64,000 bases of DNA, taken from the NCBI GenBank assembly GCA_963824755.1, contig CAWGQT010000022.1, forward strand, positions 22,930 through 86,929, written 5' to 3'. The notes beneath the pieces were generated by a model. The model did no database searches. It saw only the letters and a list, made by a program, of their open reading frames with translations, and was not told the DNA's origin. The position numbers and the translations under genes were made by a program. The stretch comes from an uncultured Solirubrobacterales bacterium (GTDB lineage Bacteria; Actinomycetota; Thermoleophilia; Solirubrobacterales; Solirubrobacteraceae). This document shows positions 1-9,935 of the stretch, piece by piece; the first letter of the stretch is position 1; every line of letters starts with the position of its first letter.

Positions 1-58
1 TAAATCCTACCAGGACGGTAGGTTTAAGCTCCGCAGTGCGGAAGTGTAGGGTCCACGC

Positions 59-1258
59 ATGGAAGCCAGGGGCTTGGCTACCCCAGACGAGATCGCGGCC
101 GTTGCAGCGCTCGCGCGGGCGCGCGGCCGGCTCGGGATCGACACCGAGTTCATGTCCGAGGGGCGCTACCGGGCGCTGCTGTGCCTGGTCCAGGTCGCCG
201 TGGACGATCCATCGGCCGAGGAAGGGATCCGCATCACGCTGATAGATGCGCTGGCGAATCCGCAGGTCGGACCGCTGGCCGAGCTACTCGGGGATCCGTC
301 GATCGAGGTAGTGCTGCACGCGGGGCGCCAGGACGTGGCGATTCTCAGACGCGTGTGGGCGACCGAGCTCAACAACATCTTTGACACCCAGATCGCCGCG
401 GGTTTCGCGGGCGCGAGCGCCCAGGCGGGATACGGCAATCTGCTCGGCGCGATCCTCGGCAGGCGGGTCGGAAAAACCGCGAGCTACACGCGCTGGGACG
501 CGCGCCCGCTCACGACGGAGCAGCTCAAATATGCGGCCGAGGACGTCGCCCACCTCATGGAGCTCGCCGATGAGCTGCAGAAGCGCCTGGAGGGGAGCGG
601 CCGGCTGCAGTGGGCGCAGGAGGAATGCCGGCGCTTGGAGGGCGCCACCGACGAGCGCGACCCCGAGGCCGTCTGGGAGCGGCTCCCGCGTATCGGCCAG
701 CTCGATCCGCAGGCGCGCGCGGTCGCGCAGAAGCTCGCCGCCTGGCGCGAGCGCACCGCCTCCGCGGAGGACCGTCCGGTGGGCTCGGTGCTGGCAGATC
801 CGACGCTGGTCGAGCTCGCCAAACGCCAGCCGTCGAACCTCCGCGGTCTCGAGCACATTCGCGGCTTGCATCCGTCGACGATCAAGCGCCGCGGCGAGCC
901 GATCCTGGTCGCGATCGAGGCGGGTCGCGAGGCTCCCCCAATCCCTCGCGAAGAGGCGCGAGGGCGCTCGGAACCCGGCGACGCGCCCCTGATCGTGCTC
1001 GCCGAGGCACTGCTGCGCGCCCGCGCACTCGAGGCCGGGCTGGCCTACGAGCTGATCTCCTCCCGCAGCGAACTCGACATGATCATTGCCGCCGCCCGCC
1101 GCCGGGACCCTGAACCAGACGTGCGGACACTCGCCGGCTGGCGTCGAGAGTTGGTCGGCGCCGATCTGCGAGACCTCCTGGCGGGCCGCAGCGCGGTGGC
1201 GGTCGGACCCGGCCGGCGCCTCGTCCTCCGGAACGTCAACGGTGAATCACCCCACTGA
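59..1258 (+). CDS. rnd: Ribonuclease D (DEDDy 3'-5' exonuclease with HRDC domain)
   Basis: IDTEF ExoI motif, CLVQVA, VLHAGRQD, FDTQIAA, W..RPLT..QL.YAAEDV; C-terminal HRDC-like region (LAAWRERTA..EDRPVGSVL.D..LVELA). Confidence 0.9.
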   Translation: MEARGLATPDEIAAVAALARARGRLGIDTEFMSEGRYRALLCLVQVAVDDPSAEEGIRITLIDALANPQVGPLAELLGDPSIEVVLHAGRQDVAILRRVWATELNNIFDTQIAAGFAGASAQAGYGNLLGAILGRRVGKTASYTRWDARPLTTEQLKYAAEDVAHLMELADELQKRLEGSGRLQWAQEECRRLEGATDERDPEAVWERLPRIGQLDPQARAVAQKLAAWRERTASAEDRPVGSVLADPTLVELAKRQPSNLRGLEHIRGLHPSTIKRRGEPILVAIEAGREAPPIPREEARGRSEPGDAPLIVLAEALLRARALEAGLAYELISSRSELDMIIAAARRRDPEPDVRTLAGWRRELVGADLRDLLAGRSAVAVGPGRRLVLRNVNGESPH

Positions 1259-1275
1259 GGTGGCTGCCGCCTCGC

Positions 1276-1761
1276 TCAGGACGCGCCGAGCTCGAGCAAC
1301 ATCGACATTGCCGAAGTACCGGTGAACAAGGTGTGCGAAAGCGCCAGCTGGACGCTTTCGGGGCGTTTGATCCAGCCGAGCGTGACTCCCTTCAGGTCGC
1401 CGTACGCGCTGGCATAGGTCACCCGCACCCTGTTTCCGGGCGAGTCCGCCGAGTGTTGCTCGCCGGTGTCGCCGTTTCCCAGCGTCCAGCCGTCGTGGCT
1501 GAGCAGGTCGCGTTCCTGGTGCAGCAGCGCCGTCGAGCTCGGGGCGCGCCGGTCCACGACGACCAGGTCCCAGGCGCAGAACGCATTGGCGCCGTGGTCG
1601 CATTGCTTGACGCGGAGCGTGACCCTCGCCCCAGGTACGATCGGCAGCGAGGAGAGCATCGGCGTCTTGCTGGCACTGCTCTGCCCGCAACCGGCGAGGC
1701 AAGCGATGAGGCCTGCGGCGAGCGCCACGAACGCCGTGATCCTTACTCTTCGGGCGGTCAT
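1276..1761 (-). CDS. Putative lipoprotein of unknown function
   Basis: From ATG at 1761: basic N-terminus, hydrophobic stretch and lipobox LAGC; the longer track ORF runs through the divergent gene. Confidence 0.55.
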   Translation of the reverse strand: MTARRVRITAFVALAAGLIACLAGCGQSSASKTPMLSSLPIVPGARVTLRVKQCDHGANAFCAWDLVVVDRRAPSSTALLHQERDLLSHDGWTLGNGDTGEQHSADSPGNRVRVTYASAYGDLKGVTLGWIKRPESVQLALSHTLFTGTSAMSMLLELGAS

Positions 1762-2200
1762 GGGAAGCAGTGCAAGCGTAGCCGAGCTCCCGGCCTGGGC
1801 CCGTGCGCTGCTCCTGAAGGAGCCGATCGCGCGGCTGGGGTTGATCGACGACGACGGAGCGCCGCGCGTGCTGCCGGTCACGTTCGCACTCGCCGGCGGT
1901 GCGCTCGTCAGCGCAATCGACCACAAGCACAAAGTGGTCGCGGGGGAGCGGCTCGCGCGCGTGCGATGGCTGCGAGCGCGGCCGCAGGCCGCGCTCACCA
2001 TTGACCACTACGACGCCGACTGGTCACGACTCGCCTGGGTGCAGGCTCTTGGCGAGGTGACCGTTTCCGACGCGCACAGCGTCCCGGAGTCGATCGCCGC
2101 GCTGCGGACCCGCTACCAGCAGTACGAGCAACTCCCCCCCGCTGGCCCCGTGCTCGTCCTCACGCCCCGCCGCCTGCTGTGGTGGCGCGCGAGCGAATGA
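1760..2200 (+). CDS. PPOX-class F420-dependent oxidoreductase (Rv0121-like)
   Basis: ARLG...G.PRVLPVTFA, SAIDHK.K, RL..LRARPQAAL.IDHYD.DWSRL.WVQ.G, PP.GPVL. Confidence 0.75.
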   Translation: MGSSASVAELPAWARALLLKEPIARLGLIDDDGAPRVLPVTFALAGGALVSAIDHKHKVVAGERLARVRWLRARPQAALTIDHYDADWSRLAWVQALGEVTVSDAHSVPESIAALRTRYQQYEQLPPAGPVLVLTPRRLLWWRASE

Positions 2201-4308
2201 CGAACACGAGCATCAGCCGCTACCTGCTGGGGATCTTGGCCCTCTTGATCATCATCGGCGGCCCGACGATCGCCGCGATCGCACTAAGACGGCGCTTCCT
2301 CCCAACATTCACCGGAGCGCTGGGCACGCTCGCCACAGCCATCGCCTCCTTGGCCTTCCTCCTCTGGATGTCAGAGGTGTTGGGCACCCTCGGCCTGTTC
2401 AAAATCGCGCCACTGACGATTGTCGCAGCCGCGATCGGACTAGCAGGAATCCGCGTCGGTGGAGGGGCGCGCGGCGATCATGCTCGCGCAGCACGCATGA
2501 GCGCCGCGCGCCCTTCCAGCGGCCCGGCAACGACGGCAATAGCGATCGCCGCCACAGCGGCGGTAACCGCCGAGTGGGCGATCCCGACAATCGAGTCCTA
2601 CACCACAGGCATCCGCACCTTCGACTCGCTGTGGTACCACCTGCCCTGGGCGGCCTCGTTCGCCCAGACCGGCCACATCACCCCGCTGCGGTTCACCGAT
2701 ATCGAGTACCTGACCGCGTTCTATCCGGCCAACGCGGAGCTGCTGCACGGTCTCGGCATCGTGGCCCTCGCCCGCGACACCGTCTCGCCGGGCCTGAACG
2801 TTCTCTGGCTCGGGCTGGTGCTGCTGGCGGCGTACTGCATCGGTCGGGCCCGCGGCGTCGGCTGGGTGACGCTGCTCGGCGCGGCGCTGGCGATGGCGAC
2901 CCCGATGATGATGTTCTCGCAGGCCGGCAGCGCCGCGAACGACGTCGTCGGGGTCTTCTTCCTGCTCGCCGCGGTGGCCCTGCTGATCGCCGCCGACGGG
3001 AACCGTGCGGCGTTCGTGCTCGCCGCGGTCGCCGCGGGACTCGCGGCCGGGACCAAGCTGAGCCTGCTCGCGCCGGTGCTCGCGCTCACGATCGGGGCGA
3101 TCTGGGTGAGCCCCGCAACGGGCAGGCGCGCGGGCGCCGGACTGTGGATCGGCGGCGCGCTGCTCGCGGGAGGCTTCTGGTACCTGCGCAACTTGATCGC
3201 CGTCGGCAGCCCAGCGCCGTGGGTCAACGTTCCGCTGCTGACCCGGCCCGCACCGCCGCTCCAGCAGCACACCGCCTTCTCGGTCGCGCACTACCTGACC
3301 AGCTCACACATCGTCAGCACGACGTTCGTGCACGGAGTCGCCGACGGACTCGGGTCTTGGTGGCCGGCGATCTTGGCCGCGGCGGTGCTCGGCCCGCTCC
3401 TGTGCCTCGACCGACGCGCCTCGCGCACGATCAGGATGCTGGGGCTGGTGGCGCTGGCGTCGCTGATCGCATACCTGGTGACGCCGGAGTCGGCAGCCGG
3501 ACCCGCCGGCGATCCGCTCGGATTCGCGTTCAATCTTCGCTACAGCGCCCCGGCGCTCACGCTGTCGCTGGCACTGCTGCCGGTGGCGCCGTTGCTGGCC
3601 GGTCCGCGCCGCTCGCTGCTGACCGCAGGCGCGCTGGCGATTCTGCTCGTGGCGACGCTCGCTCAGGCGCGCCTGTGGCCGTCGCATCACCTCGACGGAG
3701 CGCTCCTCATCGGCGTGCTGGCGGGCGCGACCGTGCTTGTGGCGGCGGTCAGGCGCGGCTGGATCACCGGCGCCACGAGCCAGCGCGCGTTCGCCCGACC
3801 CCTCCGCGTCGCGCTGATCGCCGCTGTCCTGGCACTCGTAATCGTGGTTCCCGCCGGCTACGCGCTGCAGCGCAGCTACCTGCGCGGACGCTACGTCTAC
3901 CACCCCGGAATCTCGCACCTCGCCCCGGTCTGGGCGCTGTTCCGCACGGTGCACAACGCGCGGGTCGGGATCGTCGGGACGTTCGGCGGCTTCTTCTCCT
4001 ACCCGCTGTACGGCGTGGACGACTCCAATCGCGTCCAGTACATCGGTCAGCGCGGCCCGCACGGATCGTTCACCGCGATCACCAGCTGCGTGGCATGGCG
4101 GACGGCAATCAACGCCGGGCACTTCGATTACGTCGTCACCACCCCGTCACGCGATCCGTGGCATCCGTCGGCACTCGGACCCTCGCCCGAGGGACGGTGG
4201 ACCAGCTCCGATCCCGCCGCCACAACGGTGTATCGAGCGATCGCGCTGGGCCAGCCGATCGCCGTCTATCGGCTGCACGGACGACTGGATCCCACGGCGT
4301 GCCGGTAA
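2197..4308 (+). CDS. Polytopic membrane protein, GT-C (ArnT/PMT-like) glycosyltransferase-like
   Basis: Many TM segments; DSLWYHLP, YPANAELL, SAANDV, GTK, WYLRN motifs typical of actinobacterial GT-C-like proteins; ATGA overlap with upstream gene. Confidence 0.6.
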   Translation: MTNTSISRYLLGILALLIIIGGPTIAAIALRRRFLPTFTGALGTLATAIASLAFLLWMSEVLGTLGLFKIAPLTIVAAAIGLAGIRVGGGARGDHARAARMSAARPSSGPATTAIAIAATAAVTAEWAIPTIESYTTGIRTFDSLWYHLPWAASFAQTGHITPLRFTDIEYLTAFYPANAELLHGLGIVALARDTVSPGLNVLWLGLVLLAAYCIGRARGVGWVTLLGAALAMATPMMMFSQAGSAANDVVGVFFLLAAVALLIAADGNRAAFVLAAVAAGLAAGTKLSLLAPVLALTIGAIWVSPATGRRAGAGLWIGGALLAGGFWYLRNLIAVGSPAPWVNVPLLTRPAPPLQQHTAFSVAHYLTSSHIVSTTFVHGVADGLGSWWPAILAAAVLGPLLCLDRRASRTIRMLGLVALASLIAYLVTPESAAGPAGDPLGFAFNLRYSAPALTLSLALLPVAPLLAGPRRSLLTAGALAILLVATLAQARLWPSHHLDGALLIGVLAGATVLVAAVRRGWITGATSQRAFARPLRVALIAAVLALVIVVPAGYALQRSYLRGRYVYHPGISHLAPVWALFRTVHNARVGIVGTFGGFFSYPLYGVDDSNRVQYIGQRGPHGSFTAITSCVAWRTAINAGHFDYVVTTPSRDPWHPSALGPSPEGRWTSSDPAATTVYRAIALGQPIAVYRLHGRLDPTACR

Positions 4309-4350
4309 ACGCTTTGACGTACGGGCCTCCGGTGTGAGACAAATCCCCCG

Positions 4351-6177
4351 TTGATGAAACTCTGGGGGCAATGCCATGACGGCACGTCATTTCGTCGCGT
4401 TTGCGGTCGTGCGGGACTGACCTGCGCGGTCGCGGCCGCCTCGTTGACGCTGACGGCGCCGGTCCAAGCCGCCAGGCCTGCGGCAAGCGTGTTTCCGATA
4501 CCCGGCAGCAGGCTGGCCACTCCAGTCACGCAGATTGCATTCCGGGGTCTGCCGACAAGCCAATTCGGCCCGATCATCGTCACCGGCTCGCGCAGCGGCA
4601 TCCACATCGGCCGCGTGCTGGCGGACTCCGATGGCGAGGGCGGCAGCTTCATCTCGAGCAAGCCGTTCACGCCCGGCGAGGTCGTGACGGTGAGGACCGA
4701 CATGAACGTGCTCGGCGCCTCCGGCGGGACCTTTCAGTTCACGATCGCGACCCCGTACGGTCCGATCCCGGCCGCGACGATCGAGGCCGCGCCCCGGGTC
4801 CGCGGCGACGTGCAGCGGTTCCGCTCGCGCCCGGACCTGACGCCTGCCGCGCTGAAGGTGACGCTGACCTCTTCGCGCGTGGCGGACGGCGACATCTTCC
4901 TCGCCCCGCAGCGCGGACCACTGCAATGGGGTCCGATGATCGTCGATCCGAGTGGCAAGCTCGTCTGGTTCGACCCGCTTGCACCCAACCAATCGGCCAC
5001 CAACCTGCAGGTCCAGAGCTACCGCGGCAAGCCCGTCCTCACCTGGTGGCAAGGTCGGATCGGCGACGGCCTCGGCTCGGGCGTCGACGTGATCGATGAC
5101 ACCTCCTACCGTAGGGTGGCCGTGGTGCGCGCGGCCAATGGGCTGAACGCCGACCTGCACGAGTTCCAGATCACCCCGCGCGACACCGCGCTGATCACGA
5201 CCTGGGACTCGGTCCACTGGGACGCGTCCGCGGCAGGTGGAGCCAAGGATCAGGAGGTGATCGACGGGGTCGTGCAGGAGATCGACATCCCGACCGGCCT
5301 CGTGCTTTTCGAGTGGCACAGCCTCGATCACATTCCGGTGACCGAAAGCTATGACCGGCCGCCGTGGCTTGGCACCCTGCCTTGGGACTACGTCCATATC
5401 AACTCGATCCAGCAGGATGACGACGGCAACCTGATCGTCTCCGTCCGCCACACCTCGGCTGCGTACAAGATCGACCACCGGACAGGAACCATCATCTGGG
5501 CCCTGGGAGGCAAGCATTCGAGTTTCAAGATGGGTCCCGGGGCGAGCTTCGCGTTCCAGCACGACGTCCGGACGCGGGCGCAGGACGACCGCTATGTCAC
5601 CGTGTTCGACGACGGTGACGGTCCATACCAGGTCCACAAGCAGTCGCGCGGCCTGAAGCTGAAGCTCGACTTCACGCATATGACAGCCACGCGCGTCACC
5701 GCGTATGAACACAATCGCCCGCTGCTGGCCGACTTCGAGGGCAACGATCAGCAGCTGCCGAACCTCGATGACTTCATCGGGTGGGGTCAACAGCCGTACT
5801 TCTCCGAGTTCACCGACGATGGTCGGATGATCTTCGACGGCCACTTCCTCGACGAGAACGCGGTCTACCGCGCATACCGCTTTCCGTGGAGCGCCCAGCC
5901 GCTGACGCGACCCGCCGCGGTGGCGCGCAGAGCCGCCCACGGCAGCACGCTGGTGTACGCAAGCTGGAACGGCGCGACCGACGTTGTCTTGTGGCGAGTG
6001 CTGGCCGGCGACTCGACCGGCAAGCTGAAGCCGGTCGCGACCGGACTCCGGAACGGGTTTGAGACGACGATCCGGATCCACGGCAGGCAGCGATTTTTCG
6101 TCGCGCAGGCGCTTGGATCATCGGGCCGAGTGCTGTCGAGCTCCAGGCTCGTGCGGGTCGGCGCCCGGCACGGTTAA
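4351..6177 (+). CDS. Secreted arylsulfotransferase (ASST) family protein
   Basis: Signal peptide, N-terminal Ig-like region, DLHEF, DYVHINSI, SVRHT and FAFQHD motifs carrying the ASST His/Asn/Arg residues. Confidence 0.8.
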   Translation: MMKLWGQCHDGTSFRRVCGRAGLTCAVAAASLTLTAPVQAARPAASVFPIPGSRLATPVTQIAFRGLPTSQFGPIIVTGSRSGIHIGRVLADSDGEGGSFISSKPFTPGEVVTVRTDMNVLGASGGTFQFTIATPYGPIPAATIEAAPRVRGDVQRFRSRPDLTPAALKVTLTSSRVADGDIFLAPQRGPLQWGPMIVDPSGKLVWFDPLAPNQSATNLQVQSYRGKPVLTWWQGRIGDGLGSGVDVIDDTSYRRVAVVRAANGLNADLHEFQITPRDTALITTWDSVHWDASAAGGAKDQEVIDGVVQEIDIPTGLVLFEWHSLDHIPVTESYDRPPWLGTLPWDYVHINSIQQDDDGNLIVSVRHTSAAYKIDHRTGTIIWALGGKHSSFKMGPGASFAFQHDVRTRAQDDRYVTVFDDGDGPYQVHKQSRGLKLKLDFTHMTATRVTAYEHNRPLLADFEGNDQQLPNLDDFIGWGQQPYFSEFTDDGRMIFDGHFLDENAVYRAYRFPWSAQPLTRPAAVARRAAHGSTLVYASWNGATDVVLWRVLAGDSTGKLKPVATGLRNGFETTIRIHGRQRFFVAQALGSSGRVLSSSRLVRVGARHG

Positions 6178-6286
6178 CAGTCGGCAAAGCCGACCCAGAA
6201 CCGGCGCTCCGCCGCCGAAAACCTCCTAGACTGACCGCGCCATTCCGGGAAGCCCGATCGTTGGGGGCCGTTTCGAGGCGAGTCCG

Positions 6287-7942
6287 GTGAGGCCCTCAAA
6301 TCCCGAAATGCTGCGCGCGCTGATCACATATCGACGCCGTTGGCCACTGCTCGTGCTGGTCGGGTTCGCCTCCCTCGGACTGGCCCTGGCGATCCATATG
6401 CAAGCCGCGCAAGCGGGCCGCCCCAGCCATCCGCCTCCCAGGATCGCGCAGTCAACCGCTCCCAACATCGTCTTCATCCTCACCGACGACCTGTCGATCA
6501 ACCTGCTGCCGTTCATGCCTCACCTCCAGGAGGTCGAGCAGCAGGGGATGACGTTCAACGACTACTTCGTCTCGGACTCGCTCTGCTGTCCCTCCCGATC
6601 GTCGATCTTCACGGGAGACTTCCCGCACGACACCGGGGTGTGGGCGAACGCCGGGCCCGAGGGCGGTTTCAGTCAGTTCTACAAGCGAGGTGACGAGCAG
6701 CACACGTTCTCGCTCGCGCTCCAGCAGATGGGCTACCGCACGGCATTGATGGGCAAATACCTGAACCGCTACATGCAGAGCCAGCCCGCGGGTCTGTCGG
6801 ACACATATATCCCGCCCGGCTGGAGCGAATGGGATGCCGTCGGCTGGGGCTACAACGAGTTCAACTACTGGATGAATGAGAACGGCGCGCTGCACTACTA
6901 CGGCGCCAGCCCGTCGGATTACCTGACCGACGTGCTCAGCCGCAAGGGCACGCAGTTCATCGACGACTCCGTCCGCGCCGGCGAGCCTTTCTTCCTCGAG
7001 CTCTCGACGTTCTCCCCGCACTCACCGTTCGTTCCGGCACCACAGGATGCGAACTCGTTCCCGGGACTGACGGCGCCGGAACCACCCAACTTCGACGTCC
7101 TGCCGACCAACGCACCGAGGTGGCTCGCCGTCCACCCGCCGCTCGACTCCAGGCAGGTCGACAAGATCAACTCGACGTTTCGCCGGCGCGTGCAGGACGT
7201 GCAATCGCTCGACCGCCTGATCTGGCAGATCCAGCAGACGGTCGCGCTCGACGGTGTGGCCGACAACACCTACCTCGTGTTCAGCTCTGACAACGGTTTG
7301 CACACGGGCGAGTACCGGCTGATGCCGGGCAAGCTGACCGCCTTTGACACCGACATCAAGGTCCCGCTGATCGTCGACGGTCCCGGCGTCTCGCCAGGTT
7401 CGACCACCGACGCAATGGCCGAGAACATCGACCTGGCCCCGACGTTCGCCGCGATCGGCGGCGCGCAGTTCTCAGGCGATGGCACCAGCCTGCTGCCGGT
7501 CCTGGAGGGTCAGACGCCCTCCGATTGGCGCAATGCGGCGCTGATCGAGCACCACGGACCAGACCTCTTCACGGGTGACCCCGACTTCCAGCAGCCAGCC
7601 AGCGGCAACCCGAGCACGTACGAGGCGATGCGCACGCACGACTTCCTGTACGTCGAATACGCCGACGGCGAGCACGAGTTCTACGACCTCGCGACCGACC
7701 CGTTCGAGCTGCAGAACCTCGCGCCGAAGCTATCGCTCACCGAGCTGGAGACGTTGCACACCGAGCTGCTGGCGCTCGAGAACTGCCACGATGAGCCCAC
7801 CTGCTGGGCGGCCATGCACGTCGGAGCGCAGAGCGAGATGATGCACCGCCTGGCGCGCTTTCACCCGCGCTACCGTCGAGTCCGGATTCGCCTTATCGCC
7901 CGGCGATCCGGTTCACGGCGTCACGCTGCGCATCGTTCGTAA
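6287..7942 (+). CDS. Secreted sulfatase (N-acetylglucosamine-6-sulfatase-like)
   Basis: PNIVFILTDD, CCPSRSSIFTG (CxPxR formylglycine motif), GKYLN, SPHSP, SSDNG, EFYDL..DPFEL.NL. Confidence 0.9.
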   Translation: MRPSNPEMLRALITYRRRWPLLVLVGFASLGLALAIHMQAAQAGRPSHPPPRIAQSTAPNIVFILTDDLSINLLPFMPHLQEVEQQGMTFNDYFVSDSLCCPSRSSIFTGDFPHDTGVWANAGPEGGFSQFYKRGDEQHTFSLALQQMGYRTALMGKYLNRYMQSQPAGLSDTYIPPGWSEWDAVGWGYNEFNYWMNENGALHYYGASPSDYLTDVLSRKGTQFIDDSVRAGEPFFLELSTFSPHSPFVPAPQDANSFPGLTAPEPPNFDVLPTNAPRWLAVHPPLDSRQVDKINSTFRRRVQDVQSLDRLIWQIQQTVALDGVADNTYLVFSSDNGLHTGEYRLMPGKLTAFDTDIKVPLIVDGPGVSPGSTTDAMAENIDLAPTFAAIGGAQFSGDGTSLLPVLEGQTPSDWRNAALIEHHGPDLFTGDPDFQQPASGNPSTYEAMRTHDFLYVEYADGEHEFYDLATDPFELQNLAPKLSLTELETLHTELLALENCHDEPTCWAAMHVGAQSEMMHRLARFHPRYRRVRIRLIARRSGSRRHAAHRS

Positions 7943-8001
7943 GGCATATCGGCTCGGCGAGCCCTTCCATCGCGATCGCCTGCAGCGGCTAACCTCCAGC
8001 A

Positions 8002-9804
8002 ATGGCCACGACAGGGGAGCACCTCGCAGATCCCGAGCTGCTCTCGACCGAATGGGACCTGAGCCCGTTGGTCGAAGGGGACGCCCGTGAAGGCGTGCAG
8101 CGCCAGCTTGACGAGGCAACGGAGCGCGCGCAGGCATTCGCCTCGCGCTACGCGGGCAAGGTGAGCACACTCGATGCCGCAGGGCTCGAGGCGGCAATGC
8201 ACGAGCTCGCCGAGATCGACGAGCTCGTGGGACGTGCCGGCTCCTACGCCTCACTGCGCTTCGCGACCGACACCGCCGACCCGCCGCGTGGCGCGCTGCT
8301 GCAGCTCGTCCAGGAGCGGGGCACCGCGATCGAGACGCAGCTGCTGTTCTTCGAGCTCGAGTGGGCGGCACTCGACGACGAGCAGGCGGAAGCGTTGCTC
8401 GCGGACGAGCGGCTGGCGTTCTGCCGCCATCACCTGCGCAGCGCACGTCGCTACCGGCCGCACCTGCTGACCGAGCCCGAGGAGAAGATCCTTGCCGAGA
8501 AGTCGATCTCGAGCCATGCAGCCTGGAGCCGGCTGTTCGGGGAGCTCGTCGCGGCGCTGCGAGTCGATCTCGATGGTGACGAGCTGACCCTCGACGTCGC
8601 GCTGAGCCGCCTCCAGGTGCCAGATCGCGATGTGAGGCGCGCGGCGGCCGAGGCGGTTTCCGCGACTCTCTCGCCGGGGCTGCGAACGCGCGCATTCATC
8701 TACAACACGCTCGCGCACGACAAGGCCGTGGAGGACCGGCTTCGCTCCTACCCCCACTGGCTCGCGTCCCGCAACCTCGCAAACGAGGCCTCCGACGAGT
8801 CGGTGATGGCACTGATCGAGGCGGTCCGGGGCCGCTTCGACATGCCGCAGCGGTGGTACGCGCTGAAGGCGAGGCTGCTCGGCGTCGACCGCCTGGCGGA
8901 TTACGACCGTGCCGCGCCCGTCCTCCCAGAGGACGTCTCCTACTCGTTTGCGGAGGCTCGCGACCTCGTCCTCGACACCTACGACTCGTTCTCGACGCAG
9001 GCGGGCCACGTGACCCGGCGATTCTTCGACGAGCGCTGGATCGACGCCCCGGTGCGCCCGCACAAGCGCGGTGGCGCGTTCTGCGCGTACACCGTCCCGA
9101 GCGTGCACCCCTACGTGCTGCTGAACTTCACCGCGCGCCGGCGTGACGTACTGACGATGGCCCACGAGCTCGGACACGGGCTACACGCCGCGCTCGCCCA
9201 GCCCCAGGGTGTCTTTCACCAATCCACGCCACTGACGCTCGCGGAGACGGCGTCGGTGTTCGGCGAGGCGCTGGTGTTCGGGCGCCTGCTGGACGCCGCG
9301 ACGAGCGACGATGATCGCCTCAGCCTGCTCGCCGAGCGGATCGACGGCGCGATCGCGACGGTCTTTCGCCAGATGGCGATGAACCGCTTCGAGCATCTCG
9401 TGCACACCTCTCGCCGGTCCGAGGGAGAGCTCTCAGCGGATCGCATCAACGAGCTTTGGGTCCAGACCCAGGAGGAGCTGTTCGGCGACTCGGTGCAGAT
9501 CACCGACGGCTACGCGATGTGGTGGTCCTACGTTCCGCACTTCATCAACACCCCCGGCTACGTGTACGCATACGCGTACGGGCAGCTGCTGGCGCTGTCC
9601 GCCTACAGCCGCTACCTGCAGGAGGGCGACCCGTTCGTGCCGCGCTACCTCGAGCTGCTGTCGGCGGGCGGCTCGCTCAGCCCCGAGGAGCTCGGCGAGA
9701 TCATCGGGATCGACCTCGCCGACCCAGGGTTCTGGGACGCCGGCCTGGGGCTCGTTGAGCAGCAGTTGCGTGAAGCCGAGGAGCTAGTGGCGACACGAGG
9801 GTAG
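8002..9804 (+). CDS. pepF: M3 family oligoendopeptidase F
   Basis: WDLSPL N-terminus, KRGGAFC, TMAHELGHGLH (HExxH), LAETASVFGE, HFINTPGYVYAYAYG. Confidence 0.88.
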   Translation: MATTGEHLADPELLSTEWDLSPLVEGDAREGVQRQLDEATERAQAFASRYAGKVSTLDAAGLEAAMHELAEIDELVGRAGSYASLRFATDTADPPRGALLQLVQERGTAIETQLLFFELEWAALDDEQAEALLADERLAFCRHHLRSARRYRPHLLTEPEEKILAEKSISSHAAWSRLFGELVAALRVDLDGDELTLDVALSRLQVPDRDVRRAAAEAVSATLSPGLRTRAFIYNTLAHDKAVEDRLRSYPHWLASRNLANEASDESVMALIEAVRGRFDMPQRWYALKARLLGVDRLADYDRAAPVLPEDVSYSFAEARDLVLDTYDSFSTQAGHVTRRFFDERWIDAPVRPHKRGGAFCAYTVPSVHPYVLLNFTARRRDVLTMAHELGHGLHAALAQPQGVFHQSTPLTLAETASVFGEALVFGRLLDAATSDDDRLSLLAERIDGAIATVFRQMAMNRFEHLVHTSRRSEGELSADRINELWVQTQEELFGDSVQITDGYAMWWSYVPHFINTPGYVYAYAYGQLLALSAYSRYLQEGDPFVPRYLELLSAGGSLSPEELGEIIGIDLADPGFWDAGLGLVEQQLREAEELVATRG

Positions 9805-9876
9805 GGTGGGGCCGCCTACGGCGGCATCCATGGGGCCACGAGGCCCCGTCCGGACCATCTGGTATTCCGGGCGGGC

Positions 9877-9935
9877 GGGGGCGGTGGTGGTCGCTAGTGC
9901 TTCGCGGGGGCGGTGGTGGTCCGCTAGTGCTTCGC
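9877..9935 (+). repeat. Tandem 29/30-bp duplication covering the stop codon of the adjacent minus-strand gene
   Basis: gggggcggtggtggt(c)cgctagtgcttcgc at 9877-9905 and 9906-9935. Confidence 0.9.

Noticed and set aside
1-30. Hairpin cctacc/ggtagg at the window start
   Set aside because: Short, and the upstream context is cut off by the window edge
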